From Eledone cirrhosa (lineage: Eukaryota): 64,000 nt of DNA. Shown one piece after another: positions 38,640-52,285 of the stretch. A program made the position numbers and the translations under genes. The stretch covers positions 244,528,001 to 244,592,000 of the forward strand of contig OZ024740.1 in the NCBI GenBank assembly GCA_964016885.1. The letters are read 5' to 3'. The notes below the pieces were generated by a model. It saw only the letters and a program-made list of their open reading frames with translations, was not told where the DNA came from and ran no database searches. The first letter of the stretch is position 1; each line of letters opens with the position of its first letter.

Positions 38640-39160
38640 GTCGGCTGTGTTGCGTCCGGGGCGAAAACCATACTCTTCATCAGCTAGCTTGAACTCGACA
38701 ATCTGCCTTTATCTCTTTGCCAGATACTTAGCATAGATTTTTCCGAACAAGAGGAGAACCCCAGAGGTGTTCTTGATAGAAGGTGTGGAGGGGGTGGGGG
38801 GCTTCTTATTACGAAGTCGGCAGATGGTTTGCCAGAACACTTTATTTGCTCATCTGAAGTCGGATTCCAGCTTAGCCCTAAAGTCCTCCCATGTTTTAAC
38901 TTTGGAAGATTCAAGTGCAAGGGGGACTGATTTCCTAGCCAAGCTTTGTAAGCCTCCCCCTTTGATTGCATGGCATCTTTGATTGAACCAAGGAGTCTTC
39001 CTGCCATCCGGCGCCACACCAAGCCTATTTCACCCACATCATTTAATAGCTGAAGCAGAAACTGCTGCGCTGAACAATCTTCACTCTATCTGAACGTCCT
39101 CAGTTTTCTCAGGGAGGTCTCTGGAGTTGGCTGTAATAGTATCTGCATACCTGGTCCAAA
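38640..39160 (-). mobile_element. RTE LINE internal fragment
   Basis: Homologous to 32625-33090 and 4870-4950. Confidence 0.75.
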
Positions 39161-39399
39161 CTAGAGTTTGCTCCCTTCCGGATCCTCTTTGGTGTCTCGA
39201 GATACGCAAATTCTGTGCTTCCATCCCACGCCTCCAAGGACAGGTTACAAGCCTATCGCTATATTTTACAGCAATATATTTTTCGAATAAGCCCTTCTAA
39301 CTAAGGTTTGAACGCGTCCCTTGTTATCCCGTGCGAAGAACGATGCGGTATGTTTCTTCTTCATTTTTGGTTTCTTCATCATATTGTAGTTTCAGTTTC

Positions 39400-39545
39400 G
39401 CCCCGGAAGCAGCACGGGAGTATTTGAGGACTCTGCCTCCACGACACTCCCAGGATTAAGTGGGCGAAGAAGAAGAAGAAGAAGAAGAAGAAGAAGAAGA
39501 AGAAGAAGAAGAAGAAGAAGAAGAAGAAGAAGAAGAAGAAGAAGA
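39400..39545 (+). mobile_element. RTE 3' terminus with (GAA)n tail
   Basis: CCACGACACTCCCAGG matches the RTE end at ~34139; (GAA)n at 39467-39545. Confidence 0.75.
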
Positions 39546-40270
39546 CCATCATCATCTTCACACAAATTTATACCCTTCTTACTAATTCCTACTATCATCA
39601 TCATTATCACACTGCCACCATCATCATCTCAAACACCATGTCCATACTTTCCTTATTTTCTCAGTTTCTTCCTTCTCTTGTCATAACTCCTCCTTTCCCT
39701 CTTGACACATCTATTCAATATCTTTGTCATCATCATCATCATACATACAATTTTCACGCCTTCCTTATCTCTCTTCCTTCTTCACGTTTCTCTTTTCATA
39801 ACACCACCTTCTTCACCCAATCATTCAAAAATACTTATCCACCCACTTGAGTCTTACCATATTTATAGTGTTTCTGCTATTGAAAAATTTAGTTTTGTAA
39901 CTCCAGAGTGACAAGTCTTAGTACTTAGCCATAATTAAATGAGTGTGTATATATATAAATAGAGAGAGAGAGAATTATAGTATTATTCAATTTCCGTTAA
40001 TGTAATCAATTAATTTGATTATTCAACAAGAATAAAAGACTGCTTACAGTAGTGTTTTACTCAACGGAAGAATTAGTTCAATTGGTAGATCCTGTGGTAC
40101 TTCCACAAGAGTATATTTAGAAATTTACAAAATTATTATTTAAAACATCACAATCCAGAAGAGTGAGAACAACATTTATTGCATAACACTTACAGGTGTT
40201 TCATCGTATGTATTACATATCAGTCTGTGATCGCTAATATTATTTTATTATTTAAATAATTATTTTGTAA

Positions 40271-40348
<78 letters not shown>

Positions 40349-41076
40349 TTTATGAAAGCCACTAATGTTATTTCAGCGATCTCCAGCTATGACGCACTCA
40401 ATGAATCAATAAGATTGCAGTTGTGAAACTGCATTTCTTTGTTCTGGGTTTAAAACCCACCGAGATTAACTTTACCATTAATCTTTTGGGGGCAGATGAA
40501 TAAAATACTGGTATTAATTCTTTCTGTCTCTCTTTCTGTCTCTCTCTCTTTCTCCTTCTCTCTCTCCTTCTCTCTCCCTCTCTCTCTTCCCCTCTCCCCC
40601 TCTCTCTCTCTCTCTCTCTTTCTCTTTCTATATCTATCTATTTCTTTCTCTTTCTCTCCCTCTCTCATAAACAATCAGGAAGAAATCGGCCGTTCAAATC
40701 TGGAGAGGGATGCGTTCCACCAGGTTTAAACTCCAAGACACAGTATATCACTACGGTACCCTTGTAAGCTCATGAGACTGTATGACAAAGATACCTTTAT
40801 CTCAATATATGTATTTTCCAAGTTGTAGACCACAGTTTTACACCTTGATATATGAAATTTTGAGTCACATTTTCTCCAGAGAAAAGGCAGAGTACATATT
40901 ACCTTTTCTGAAATTTGTTCTTTTTAGTTCCACACAGAAAAAACTAAAGATATTATATACTCGGATTTGCTTGACCAACCGCGTCCTTTTCGTACTGGTT
41001 GCTGTCAAAACCTCAGGTCCCCGCGCTGTTGATTTCCTTCGTATAATCGGAAAGACAGTAGCTCACCCGAGAAAAG

Positions 41077-41118
<42 letters not shown>

Positions 41119-41124
41119 TCTCTT

Positions 41125-41201
<77 letters not shown>

Positions 41202-41216
41202 TAGAGAGAGAGAGAG

Positions 41217-44200
41217 AGAATTCACAAGAATCAAAGCTATGTTCAAAGCATTTATTCACTTACAATTGTTTCATCCAAACCTAGGTTTGGAGTCTTGGGA
41301 GCATTTTTCAATGTTTGTACACATAATTGACCTCCTTTCCTACGCAAGAGACATACAGATACATATGTATATATTGATGTACAGTGGAGTGACATATATT
41401 ATATTATATTATTTCTGTATAGCAATTCAAATTCAAAATCAAAATCAAAATTAAAATTAAAACAAAATTAAAATACATTCGGCAGTTAACATAGATAATT
41501 GTTTCTACTTTAGGCACAAGGCCAGTCAATTATCCAGTGCATTACTGGTACTTTATTTTATCGACCCCGTAAGGATGAAAGGCAAAGTCAACCTCGGCGG
41601 GATTTGAACTCTGATCGTAAAGGGACATAACTATGCTGGAAAGCATGGCGTCCGACCCTCTACCGATACTGCCAATCCACCGCCATTAACATAGATAACG
41701 CAGTTAACATAGATAATGCAAGAGGATAGTTTGTTAGTCAGATGTAATAGTTATTGTATGCGTTAGTTACACGTGGACATGCACGTGTGTCTCATTTATA
41801 TATGATTATTGTGTGGCAGGGTGTTACATGTAATAGAAGCACTTTAAGCGGGTAAGTAAGAGTATTATGGAGGTTGTGGTGGTAAGGTATTTTTTGTATA
41901 TAATAAAAAAGTATGTGTGCAGAAAAATAAAAATAAAAAGGAGGAGCAAAAGAAAGTTATGGTTTTCGTATCCGCCACCATTTTCACATTCAGGAATAGT
42001 AAGTTATAGTTTATACATCCATCACATAATTAACGATGATTCCGTATTGGATGTTTGATGCATTAAATTAAATTATTTTAGCTTATTGCGGCTCAGTGTT
42101 CTTTAATCCAATTTTATAGAGCAGGTTGTTTCCGCTGCGAGAATTTACATCGGTTTATTATCCGGAAGTATGTGTGTAATTAAGGGGAGTTAATGCGTAA
42201 GGGGAGGTAACTAGCTGATTTCCATAACTAAATTTATTGTTCTAACATACATTATAAGGTGTCTCAATTGAGTCCCTTATATAGACGGTTATATGTTTAT
42301 ATTCAGTTTCCAATTTTAAATAAAGTCTACTCTATCATGATGTACTAAAGGTATTTATATTAGGATGATTACTCCCCATCATAGAGTGCTACAACTGAAT
42401 ATTCCATACAAAGAGCCATATCTTTATATCAAAGTTCTTTGCAAATGTAGTCTACTCACAGAACATGTCAGGGGACCTATTAGAACTATGTCTACATAAC
42501 CCCTGGTAAGTTCTGGAGCAGCGTATGGCTGTTTGCATGGCAAAGCCAAATACATCTCTAGGGCAGACAAAAACATCCCTCATTTACAATGTCATTAATC
42601 TATCCATCAAGTTATACATGCATATATAACTCACATACCATTCATACATAATTCATTGCACTCAACATATAGGTTATACAGATCTCTTATGTTAATAAAT
42701 TAATCTTATATATATCCAATGTTATCACTCCATACATACAAATACATTTGCACAAATAATTTATTGTCGAATCTGGTATTTAAAGCTTACATAGACTGTA
42801 TTGTATCACTATATAATTATAAGTAATTGAAAGTAATTATACTAAAAGTAGGTGTTCATGGGGATATTTCTAGGGTATAAAGTTATAGATAGATGGAATG
42901 ATTTGTGTTGAGATAGGGCGGATCAGAGAGTGTGGAGTTGTGGTATAAGGTGTGCCCTTGAGGTGTAGTGTTAGAAGTGGTGATGGGTTCAAGTCTGACA
43001 TTGTTATATATTGGGTTTAAAGTTTTGGAAGGAGTGCCGGAAGCGGTGCTGGCACGACGCGAACACTTCCGATTTTTTTTATTAAGGAGGTTATGGTTTG
43101 AGAAGATAATAGTATGGGTCTCTAGTAGACAGGTTACAGAATTTATTAGGTGGTTTGTACGATGCCGCCTTACCTATCACTTCCCATTTAAGTGTATAAG
43201 ATCTATTTTTAGTTTTTAGATAGTGTATGTAGCTAGATAGTGAAGTGGAGTTGGCTAGACTGTGTTTTTTGAAAGAATGGAGGTGTGAATTGTATCTGGT
43301 TTTGAAGCAGTTTGAAGTAGAGCCTATATAGGTTTCAGAAGAGTTGCTAGTTATAACGGTGCAGGAATATATGATGTCCTTGATTAAGCATTTTTTATCT
43401 AAAGGGCAGCTTCTATTAGATCTACAGTTACAATTATTTTGGATGTTAACCTACCGGTTATTATGTTGTGTAGAAGTCTGGTTACTAGTTATTGCATTAT
43501 GGCTATGGGGGTTGTCGCTCTCAGCGTTATTGCTTACACTAGTGCTATTACTATTATTACTATTGATATCAGGGTTTGTAGATATAATGTTGTTTTGAAG
43601 GTTTACCCCCTGCCGTGTTTTAGTTTGTTGGAAGTAAGTATTAATTTTTCCTTTATTGCTACTAGCTATGTGGTATGCTATGTTAGGCGTGGTAGAGTAG
43701 GAGATTTTAATTGTGTTTTTGTTTATAAGACTATAGTACTTGTGGCCAGATGGGAAGTTTTTATCCAGGAGTGAGAAGAAAGCCTTAGGTAGGTTGGTAG
43801 AGACGTTTAGATTGAAAGGAGGGTTGAAAAATGTATTATTTCTTCTTCTATTTTTGTTTTTTTATGTCTGGTGAGATGCTTCCGTTTATGGTATTATGGT
43901 GACTTCTGTGGTGTGGGTTACGTTTGTTGCCACCCTTCGTACTAGTGTGTGTGTGGTTATTATTCTTATTTATTTTTTATTATATACAAAAATACCTTAC
44001 TACCACAACCTCCATATTACTCTTACTTACCCGCTTAAAGTGCTTCTATTACATGTAACACCCTGCCACACAATGATCATATATAAATGAGACACGTGCA
44101 TGCCCCACGTGTAACTAACGCATACAATAACTACTACATCTGACTAACAAACTATCCTCTTGCATTATCTATGTTAACTGCCGAATGTATTTTAATTTTG

Positions 44201-44457
44201 TTTTAATTTTGTTTTAATTTTAATTTTGATTTTGATTTTGAATTTGAATTGCTATACAGAAATAATATAATATAATATATGTCACTCCACTGTACATCAA
44301 TATATACATATGTATCTGTATGTCTCTTGCGTTGGAAAAGCGGTCAATTATGTGTACAAACATTGAAAAATGCTCCGAAGACTTCAAACCTAGGTTTGGA
44401 TGAAACAATTGTAAGTGAATAAATGCTTTGAACATAGCTTTGATTCTTGTGAATTCT
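41217..44457 (-). mobile_element. Penelope-like element, 5'-truncated, with inverted terminal duplication
   Basis: Minus strand 43860-43050: RRRNNTFFNPPFNLNVSTN, CNCRSNRSCPLDKKCLIKDIIYSC..TYIGST..FKTRYNSH; ~480-bp inverted arms at 41217-41910 and 43974-44457. Confidence 0.88.
41499..41684 (-). mobile_element. Full-length SINE with 13-bp TSD
   Basis: TTAACATAGATAA at 41486-41498 and 41686-41698; SINE absent from the inverted arm at ~44165-44180. Confidence 0.95.
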
Positions 44458-45516
44458 ATATAACTTCTCTGTAGAACAACTGATGTTATTACATTGAGCT
44501 ATTTATCTTACTGGTAATAAGGTAGTAATAAATTACTTACCTTCACTGTTTAGGGTTTAAAATATATATCACTATAAAAAGTTTTAGTATATACATAACC
44601 ATAAATAGTATCCTCAATATTATATATATATATATGTATATATATTATATATATATATATGTGTGTGTGCGCGCGTGTGTATGTGTGCGTGTGTGTGTCT
44701 GTTAAAGTAAAATATGCATAACCATGTATCACAATGTATATATCATAACGCTCAAATTTGGTGCATGCTTTTGTGATTATTTCATTTTATATATTTATTC
44801 GTTTATGTATTTATTTGTCTTGTTTAATACAAAACTGCACATTTGTCTGCAATCACGCACATGGATCTTAATCCATGTGTCAATAGGTGATTACATTGGT
44901 GAAATTGTGGCTACATGAAATATAGAAATGATAGAAGAATATCTCCACGGTTTTCACTTCAGAATGGCTTTTATTCAATAGAAACAATCTTCCGCTAGCT
45001 GAATCAAATTGATTATCAAAATATCATTTCGCGCTTTTTTTTTTTTTCTATTTTGTCGAAATTGTTGTTGTTTCAATAATCGCCATTGAGAACAAATTCA
45101 GAAGTGATTAAAAAGAGAAAAAAAAATATTTCAAATTTTTCTGATTTTTTTTTTTTTTTTATACTGTAAATCCAACACGAAAATTGAAGATTCTTTAATC
45201 ACAAATGTCATGCTATCAGACTTCGGACAAATGTAAACTGGCATATTTTTGTTTTTATATTTAAGTTGCAGCAAGAATACACTATATTTCAATGTAAATA
45301 TTTAGAAATCAGAAAGAATTTACTTTGTTTCATGATATGTTATACATGCCAATGGTGGAATTTGGCTGAGGGCCCGACGATTAATATTATTTTTTCTTAT
45401 AGTTTAGTCAGGGAAGGAAGAGCAGTGACCATAACCCTTATCAGGGCTTTCAAGACTAATGGGGCGGAAAGGGGAAGATATTCTTAAAACGGAAACCAGG
45501 TCCGAATGCTTTACAA

Positions 45517-45798
45517 CAGAGGTTCTGAAACTGTTCACGGCCACGTAATACCCTCAGTGCTGCCCAACCCTATTTCCAGAGAGACCTACCTCCACGTAAA
45601 TTGTAAATAATATATAATTAATAAAATCGTAAATTTATATATAATAGATAATATAATATATATTATGTATAAATAAATATTACATATATTTTATTTTACT
45701 ATCTTTTATATCATCTCTACCACCTCCCATCCACCCCTTAGGCCTCCAGCACCCCCTGGACCTTCTCAAGGGGGTAACACAGACTTTAAAAACCTCTG
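45517..45798. mobile_element. hAT-type MITE
   Basis: Termini CAGAGGTTCTGAAA / TTTAAAAACCTCTG; 8-bp TSD CTTTACAA / CTTTATAA. Confidence 0.8.
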
Positions 45799-46996
45799 CT
45801 TTATAAGGGCAGGGTGCTGAGGTTAAAGCGGGTGACGTATTAAATCTACCTGCGCGATTGGATCTCAAAATTCAAAGATCAAGAACATATTTTGCCAATG
45901 CATCATGTCTGATGCTTTAACAAATTCGCCAATCCACACCTTGGACGGCTACTTTATTTTATCTACCAGAAAGAACGAAACGCCGTATACGAATTCACCA
46001 TGAGTTATTTACATTCTGTTACAATTACAAAGTTACATTCAATTACAAATGTAAACATTAGTTTGTATTTACATTCTGATTTAAAATAAAACCGAGTTAC
46101 ACTTTGCCTTTCGTACATCTAGATTTTATTAGATAAATACCAGTCAAGATCTAGGGAAGTCTGTTGAATAATTTTGTGGAGCTAGTCGATATTTTTTGAG
46201 AAATGGGAAAAAAATTATAAATCCAGTAACACGTTTTTTGTTAACTTCAAACAAAATTTCTGTTCAATATAGTGGCAGGTAGTTGTTTACAAACATGGCG
46301 GTATGGTTAAGAAGTTCATTTCGCAGTGACACAGTTCTGGATTCCATCTCACTGCATAAAGCTTTGGGCTATTATCTTCTAACACAGCTTCACGTCAACA
46401 AAAGTTTAATAAGTGCAAGGCTGTTCTTGTACGCAGTTATATTTTGTGTAGCTTTAGGTTATAAATCTCTTCGTTGACAAAAGACGGATATACTTTCTCT
46501 TATAAAAGTTAACCAAAACTAGAAACTAGTCAGAGCGATCTCATATTTTCTGCCCACGAAAACACTTTGTTTACTTTTCACATTGAGACTAAAGTTATAT
46601 GTTGTTTTTATTAAATTAGAATTAACTTACATTAGATTTCAACTTATTCAAAAGACCGTTGTGCTGTGTATTATCAATTAATTCATATATATGGCATGAA
46701 AGTGAAAATACTGACTCACGTTGTTTAACGAGATTTGTATGCAGACAATGCTACGTTTATACACTAACTGATATTTTCACATATACTTCCTGATAAGACA
46801 ACAAATTATCAGGCTACTATGAGTTGCTTTGTTGCACAGAGCTAATTGAACTGTCAGCTTCTGCAGTCAACTTCCTACAAGCATTTCCTTCTGATATCAA
46901 CTGACACACATTTTTTCCTTAAGAAGCACTTATATATGCTACACACACACACATACACAGACACACATATATAAATATATATATATTGCTATTCTG

Positions 46997-47280
46997 TGGA
47001 GGCACGTGGCTTGTTGGACTTACGATCATAATGTCGTGGGTTCGATTCTTGGGTTGCGTGTTGTGTTCTTGAGCAAAACACTTCATTTCACCTTGCTCCA
47101 GTATACTCAGCTGAAAATGAGTACCAGCAATAGCTGGGGGTTTAACCCTGCGATGGACTGGCGTCTTGTCCAGGAGGGGGGGGGGGGGGGTCGTGTACTC
47201 TCATTCACTTCACGCCATGAAACTGGGATAAGAACCGGCTAAATAAGCCATCTGGCTTAAGACAGACTTTAGACTTTAGA
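46997..47280 (+). mobile_element. Second tRNA-derived SINE family
   Basis: Box B-like GGTTCGATTC, central GTGTTCTTGAGCAAAACACTT and CCCTGCGATGGACTGGCGTC blocks, short tandem tail (GACTTTA)n. Confidence 0.7.
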
Positions 47281-47939
47281 TATGGTTATTCTTTCTTCGT
47301 TTTCTCAAAGAAAACACACTGGTAGAGTGCTTTTGGCATGATCATTTCCTTCAATTTGAATCAACGCCCGCATGTGTTCCCTGTAAATTGGTCAGGCCTG
47401 ACTTACCTCTCCATTGCTGTGACATCACGCGCCACAGAAAGTTTGAGAATTACTACTACATCACTTGTCTCCACTAACCTGGTGTACTTTATAGTCATAC
47501 GTAACTTTCCAGTTCAGGGAGGCGAACCTCCACTGACGAAGCGATTCTTGCCTAATTACGTAATATATACAAACAATACGTAATTTCTGCACATGGTGGT
47601 TCCAGTTGCACCACCACCGGCAGATCAGAATCGTAGAAACTGGTGGATCGGTCCGACTAACTCAAATTTCTTACCCTCACGAAGTCGTCTTCCTTACTGA
47701 TTAACGTTCAAGTGTACCCCCTAATTGATTGGGTTCGAATTTTAAAAATTCGGGACTTAATTAAACAGACTGGCAGAGGTATATAGTCCTGATGAAGGGT
47801 AATGACCCAGAAAAATGTTGATTGTTCCTCAAAGCCAGTGTTGAACAAACAGGTGACGATCGGTCAGCGACCCGGCACAGCTTCTAATCAGGCCGTTTGT
47901 TTACAAATGAATTGAACATTATTATTAATGTTCAATATA

Positions 47940-48125
47940 GGCGGTGGATTGGCAGTATCGATAGAGGGTCGGACACCATGCTTTGATGCATAGAGTTACG
48001 GCCCTTGGCATTCTGAGCTCAAATCTCGCCGAAGTTAACTTTGCCTTTCATCCTTACGGGGTCGATAAAATAAAGTACCAGTAATGTACTGGGTAATTGC
48101 TGGCCTTGTGCCTAAAGTAAAAACA
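47940..48125 (+). mobile_element. Full-length SINE with 19-bp TSD
   Basis: ATTATTAATGTTC(A/G)ATATA at 47921-47939 and 48126-48144. Confidence 0.95.
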
Positions 48126-48389
48126 ATTATTAATGTTCGATATAACCCATACGTACAAATGTATATGTTTATATGTGTGTGCATGTATATAATATATATA
48201 TATGTGTGTGTGTTAGGGTGAGAAATAAAATTCTACGTACAAATGTATATGTTTATATGTGTGTGCATGTATATAATATATATATATGTGTGTGTGTATA
48301 TATATATGTGTGTGTGTACGTGTGCATACTTACATTTATGTATCAGTTGTGTTAGGGTGAGAAATAAAATTCTAATTTTATTTATCTAT

Positions 48390-48441
<52 letters not shown>

Positions 48442-48506
48442 TATATATACATATATATATATATATATTATATATACATATATATATATATTATATATAT
48501 ATATAT

Positions 48507-48551
<45 letters not shown>

Positions 48552-48635
48552 CATATATATATATGTATATATTATATATACATATATATATATATATTAT
48601 ATATATATATATTATATATACATATATATATATAT

Positions 48636-48699
<64 letters not shown>

Positions 48700-48700
<1 letters not shown>

Positions 48701-48843
48701 TCAGGACTTTCTGATGATTTCTCCCGAATGAAACAGTTCTAGTCCTGTGGAAGCCATTTCTATATTAAATATTTATACATTTATACTCTACTATGTATTG
48801 AGTACCTTACTTACTGTGGTTACCCCCGACTGAACCCGGGATA
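48700..48843 (+). mobile_element. (TA)n-embedded pseudo-LTR-like fragment with hammerhead core
   Basis: CTGATGA (48711) .. GAAAC agttcta GTC; paralogues at 25946-26040 (+), 18076-18200 (-), 18290-18332 (-). Confidence 0.65.
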
Positions 48844-48964
48844 AATTTATATATATATATATATATATATCCAAATTTAAATTAAGGCTGTCATGTCCGA
48901 GAGACATGCGCCATATCCACTGTAGAATATGCTCAAAGATTCCAATGAATAGATCCGACCATTT

Positions 48965-49267
48965 TATATCAACTAGAAATTGATTGACATATATATATAT
49001 CTAAAATAAACATATGAAACAATCACAGGGAATAATTTGTAAAAGTGTGTAAGCGCACACAGCTAGGTAGGTAACTAATTAAAGTTTAACTAGAACTTTA
49101 AATATAGATACCATCATTTTAAAAGGTATCTATATTTAAAGTTCTAGTTAAACTTTAATTAGTTACCTACCTAGCTGTGTGTGCTTACACACTTTTACAA
49201 ATTATTCCTTGTGATTGTTTCATATGTTTATTTTAGATATATATATATGTCAATCAATTTCTAGTTG

Positions 49268-49272
<5 letters not shown>
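48965..49272. repeat. Long near-perfect inverted repeat, 148-bp arms, 12-bp spacer
   Basis: 48965-49112 is the reverse complement of 49125-49272, with about 2 mismatches. Confidence 0.97.
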
Positions 49273-49345
<73 letters not shown>

Positions 49346-49762
49346 TAGCTGAGGTACTCGGCTTCGCCCGGGAGAACAGTTAAGAGAAGACGGATAAAAG
49401 AGAAAACGACTATTGGATGTGTATGCGGTGAGACCGTAATGTGGGTGTGTGAGAGAGACATAAAAAAAAAACAATCATAAAACTGCCATATTAGGCTGGG
49501 GGAGTAAACTGCCGATTAAATTGTAGCATTGGCCTTGGATTTTAAATGTGAAATGACCATAGTCAGTATGACATTTTTCAGCGCCAAAGGACGTCATCTG
49601 AAACACAGCGATATACTGCATTGCTTCTGAAGTGTCTAGCTTCGTTAGTACGGTCTGTAAGTAGTATATGGATAAAAGCTGGAAGATAGATTAATTTCAA
49701 ATAGTATCAATTTTTGTTCTGTAAAATCAAAGACTGTAAAACGACTTTATAAAAGCTAGGAC

Positions 49763-50775
49763 GTGCGGTCCATTCTCCACCAGGTACAGGTGAACCCCGA
49801 AGAGGATGTCCTCATCCTCGGGTTACCGATCCACTCGCCGGCCATCCGCTCCACCATCAGGTCTAGGCTCCAACAACTCCAGACCCCCACGAGCCGACTG
49901 GGCTTGTTGAGGAACTGCTTCGCCATGCGGAAGCTCCTCTACACCCTTCGCAGCGCTCCGTGCTACAGCCACACATGTCTCCTCGCTGACCTCAATACTT
50001 GTATCCGAGCGGCAGCTGAGGGGATATGCAACGTCGGGTTTGACGTCATTGGATGGGAACAGGCCACTTTACCTGTCAGATGTGGCGGCCTTGGCCTCTG
50101 GTCCCCGGCGTTTCCTTGAGGCTTGGACTCCGGATCTGCGAGCCACATAAATGTCGCTGTAGATCCACCGTGGACACTTTCGCACTCCACCCGCTTTCCT
50201 GTCGCCACAGTGCCGGCCGCCTTCCACGCCATGCTGCTCTCAACGAGATCATTAAGCATAGCTTGGACGCTGCAGGCTTCCCCCCCCCCCCCAGCTCAAG
50301 CCGGTGGGGCTGGACCGAGGGATGGCAAAAGGCCAGACGGTATGACCATCTTCTCGTTCCGCGGTGGCAAACCCTTCGTCTGGGATGTCACTTGCAGCGA
50401 CACTTTCTCCAGCCGCAACCTGATGCAGTCTGCGACTAACCCAGGTACTGCTGCACGTCGGGCTGAGGAGGGCAAACTCTCCAAGTACCGGTCGCTCTCC
50501 GACAGGTTCGCGGTCGTGCCCTTGACACTGGAGACTTCTGGTGTCCTTGGCCCTAGGGCTACCTCCCTATTCACCTTCATAGGCTCTGAGCTGGCCAGCC
50601 GCAGGTGTGAGCCTCGCTAGTTGGAATGGTTCTTCCAGCGCATCTCCCTTACCATCCTCCGGAGAAACGCCTTCTCCATCCTGTCCGCCGGGGCTGTGGG
50701 GAGGCCAGCACGTGGGACCCCATTTGCTCACCATACGGATTAATAGGCAAAGTTATAAACTATTGTCAATAAATA
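49763..50775 (+). mobile_element. CRE-clade non-LTR retrotransposon 3' fragment (RT C-terminus, CCHC, RLE), decayed
   Basis: KLLYTLRSAP, QATLPVRCGGLG, LRLG..CRC..HPLSC..RHAALN, RPDG..VWDVTC, VVPLTLETSG; AATAAA near 50769. Confidence 0.85.
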
Positions 50776-50821
50776 ATGATTGTATAGTGTTAAACCTTCA
50801 ACTGATACTTTTGTGTAACGT

Positions 50822-50874
<53 letters not shown>

Positions 50875-51018
50875 ACTCACTCTCTCTCTCTCTTCCTCTC
50901 TCTGAATATCCTACGCTTTAATTGTATTTCTCTCTGTATAACGGCTTATCTCTCTCTTTCTGCCTCTCCCTCTGTATCTCTCTCTCTTTAGATGTGTGTG
51001 TATGTATATGTGTGTGTG

Positions 51019-51079
<61 letters not shown>

Positions 51080-51277
51080 CGTGTGTGTGTGTGTGTGTGT
51101 GTGTAGCTTTCGTGTGATTCAACCAACCAATAAACATCTTTCTTGTATATCATATATAGATATGTAATAAGTTGACGGGACTAGAATGGGTTTCACTGCT
51201 AGTGCCGGTTGCATCTCAGCGTACTCAAAAGGTAATGTCATGTAAAATCCCAGAGTAGACACACACACACACACACA

Positions 51278-51358
<81 letters not shown>

Positions 51359-51754
51359 GCACACGCACACACACGTAAGGTTTTAGGCACTACCATTGTT
51401 TACTGTTGCACCGTATTCGCCATGGTACTTGGAGACTAGAGCCGAAGGCTACCAGTCTATTGTGCAGCGATTAGAGACAGATTTTCTCTAATAACCGATA
51501 TTTTCACTTAGTTTTAATTTGTGTTTGACTTGAGATATGTTGGTTGTATCCTCATGGAGGGGACGAAGAATACAATCTCCACTCCTAACATCACGTAAAT
51601 TTCTGAACCAGTGGCCAATCTGTTGACGGTATTTTAATGACATGTAGGGATTTCAGTTACTAATGTAGTACTGTGTTGCCTGTCGCATTTACTGTCATAA
51701 GCAGCACTGACTGGAATCGAATTCTGTCGATCGATTGATTATTGATTAGGTGAG

Positions 51755-51867
51755 ACGCGCTGATGAAGCCACATACAGCGATTGTGTATTGTTGCATAAT
51801 AAATGCAGACAATAGATGCTGTACGCTCTCTTGCTGCATTATATGTGGCTGAAACTCGAGTACGGGT
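51755..51867 (+). ncRNA. Type I hammerhead ribozyme, canonical core
   Basis: ACGCG-CTGATGA-AGCCACATA...TATGTGGCT-GAAAC TCGA GTA-CGGGT; 9-bp stem II, palindromic stem III ACTCGAGT, GUA cleavage triplet. Confidence 0.85.
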
Positions 51868-51974
51868 ATAGGTTTATGGTACCCATTTACGTGTGTTGCA
51901 TTGAGGCAAATAACTTTGTGTCTACTCTGGGATTTATGCATAACCTTACCTATATAGTACGCTATGATGCAACC

Positions 51975-52033
<59 letters not shown>

Positions 52034-52196
52034 CGAAGGAATTGTGGTAAGGAACCAGGTGGACCATAACGCACCAAAGTACTCAATACTTAGGGTAGTA
52101 GGGTAGGTAATAGGAACGAGTAGGACCCCGACGGCTGAGCTCAAGCCGTTTCGACGGCTAATTCTGGACTCTATCCTATATATATCTGGACTCGTT

Positions 52197-52282
<86 letters not shown>

Positions 52283-52285
<3 letters not shown>

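Noticed and set aside
41239-44435. Duplicated 71-aa ORF (41239..41454 and 44220..44435) as a conserved small protein
   Set aside because: Simply the two arms of the Penelope inverted duplication
47940-48030. SINE heads as genuine tRNA genes
   Set aside because: A/B boxes are present but there is no full cloverleaf, and they are always attached to the SINE core and tail
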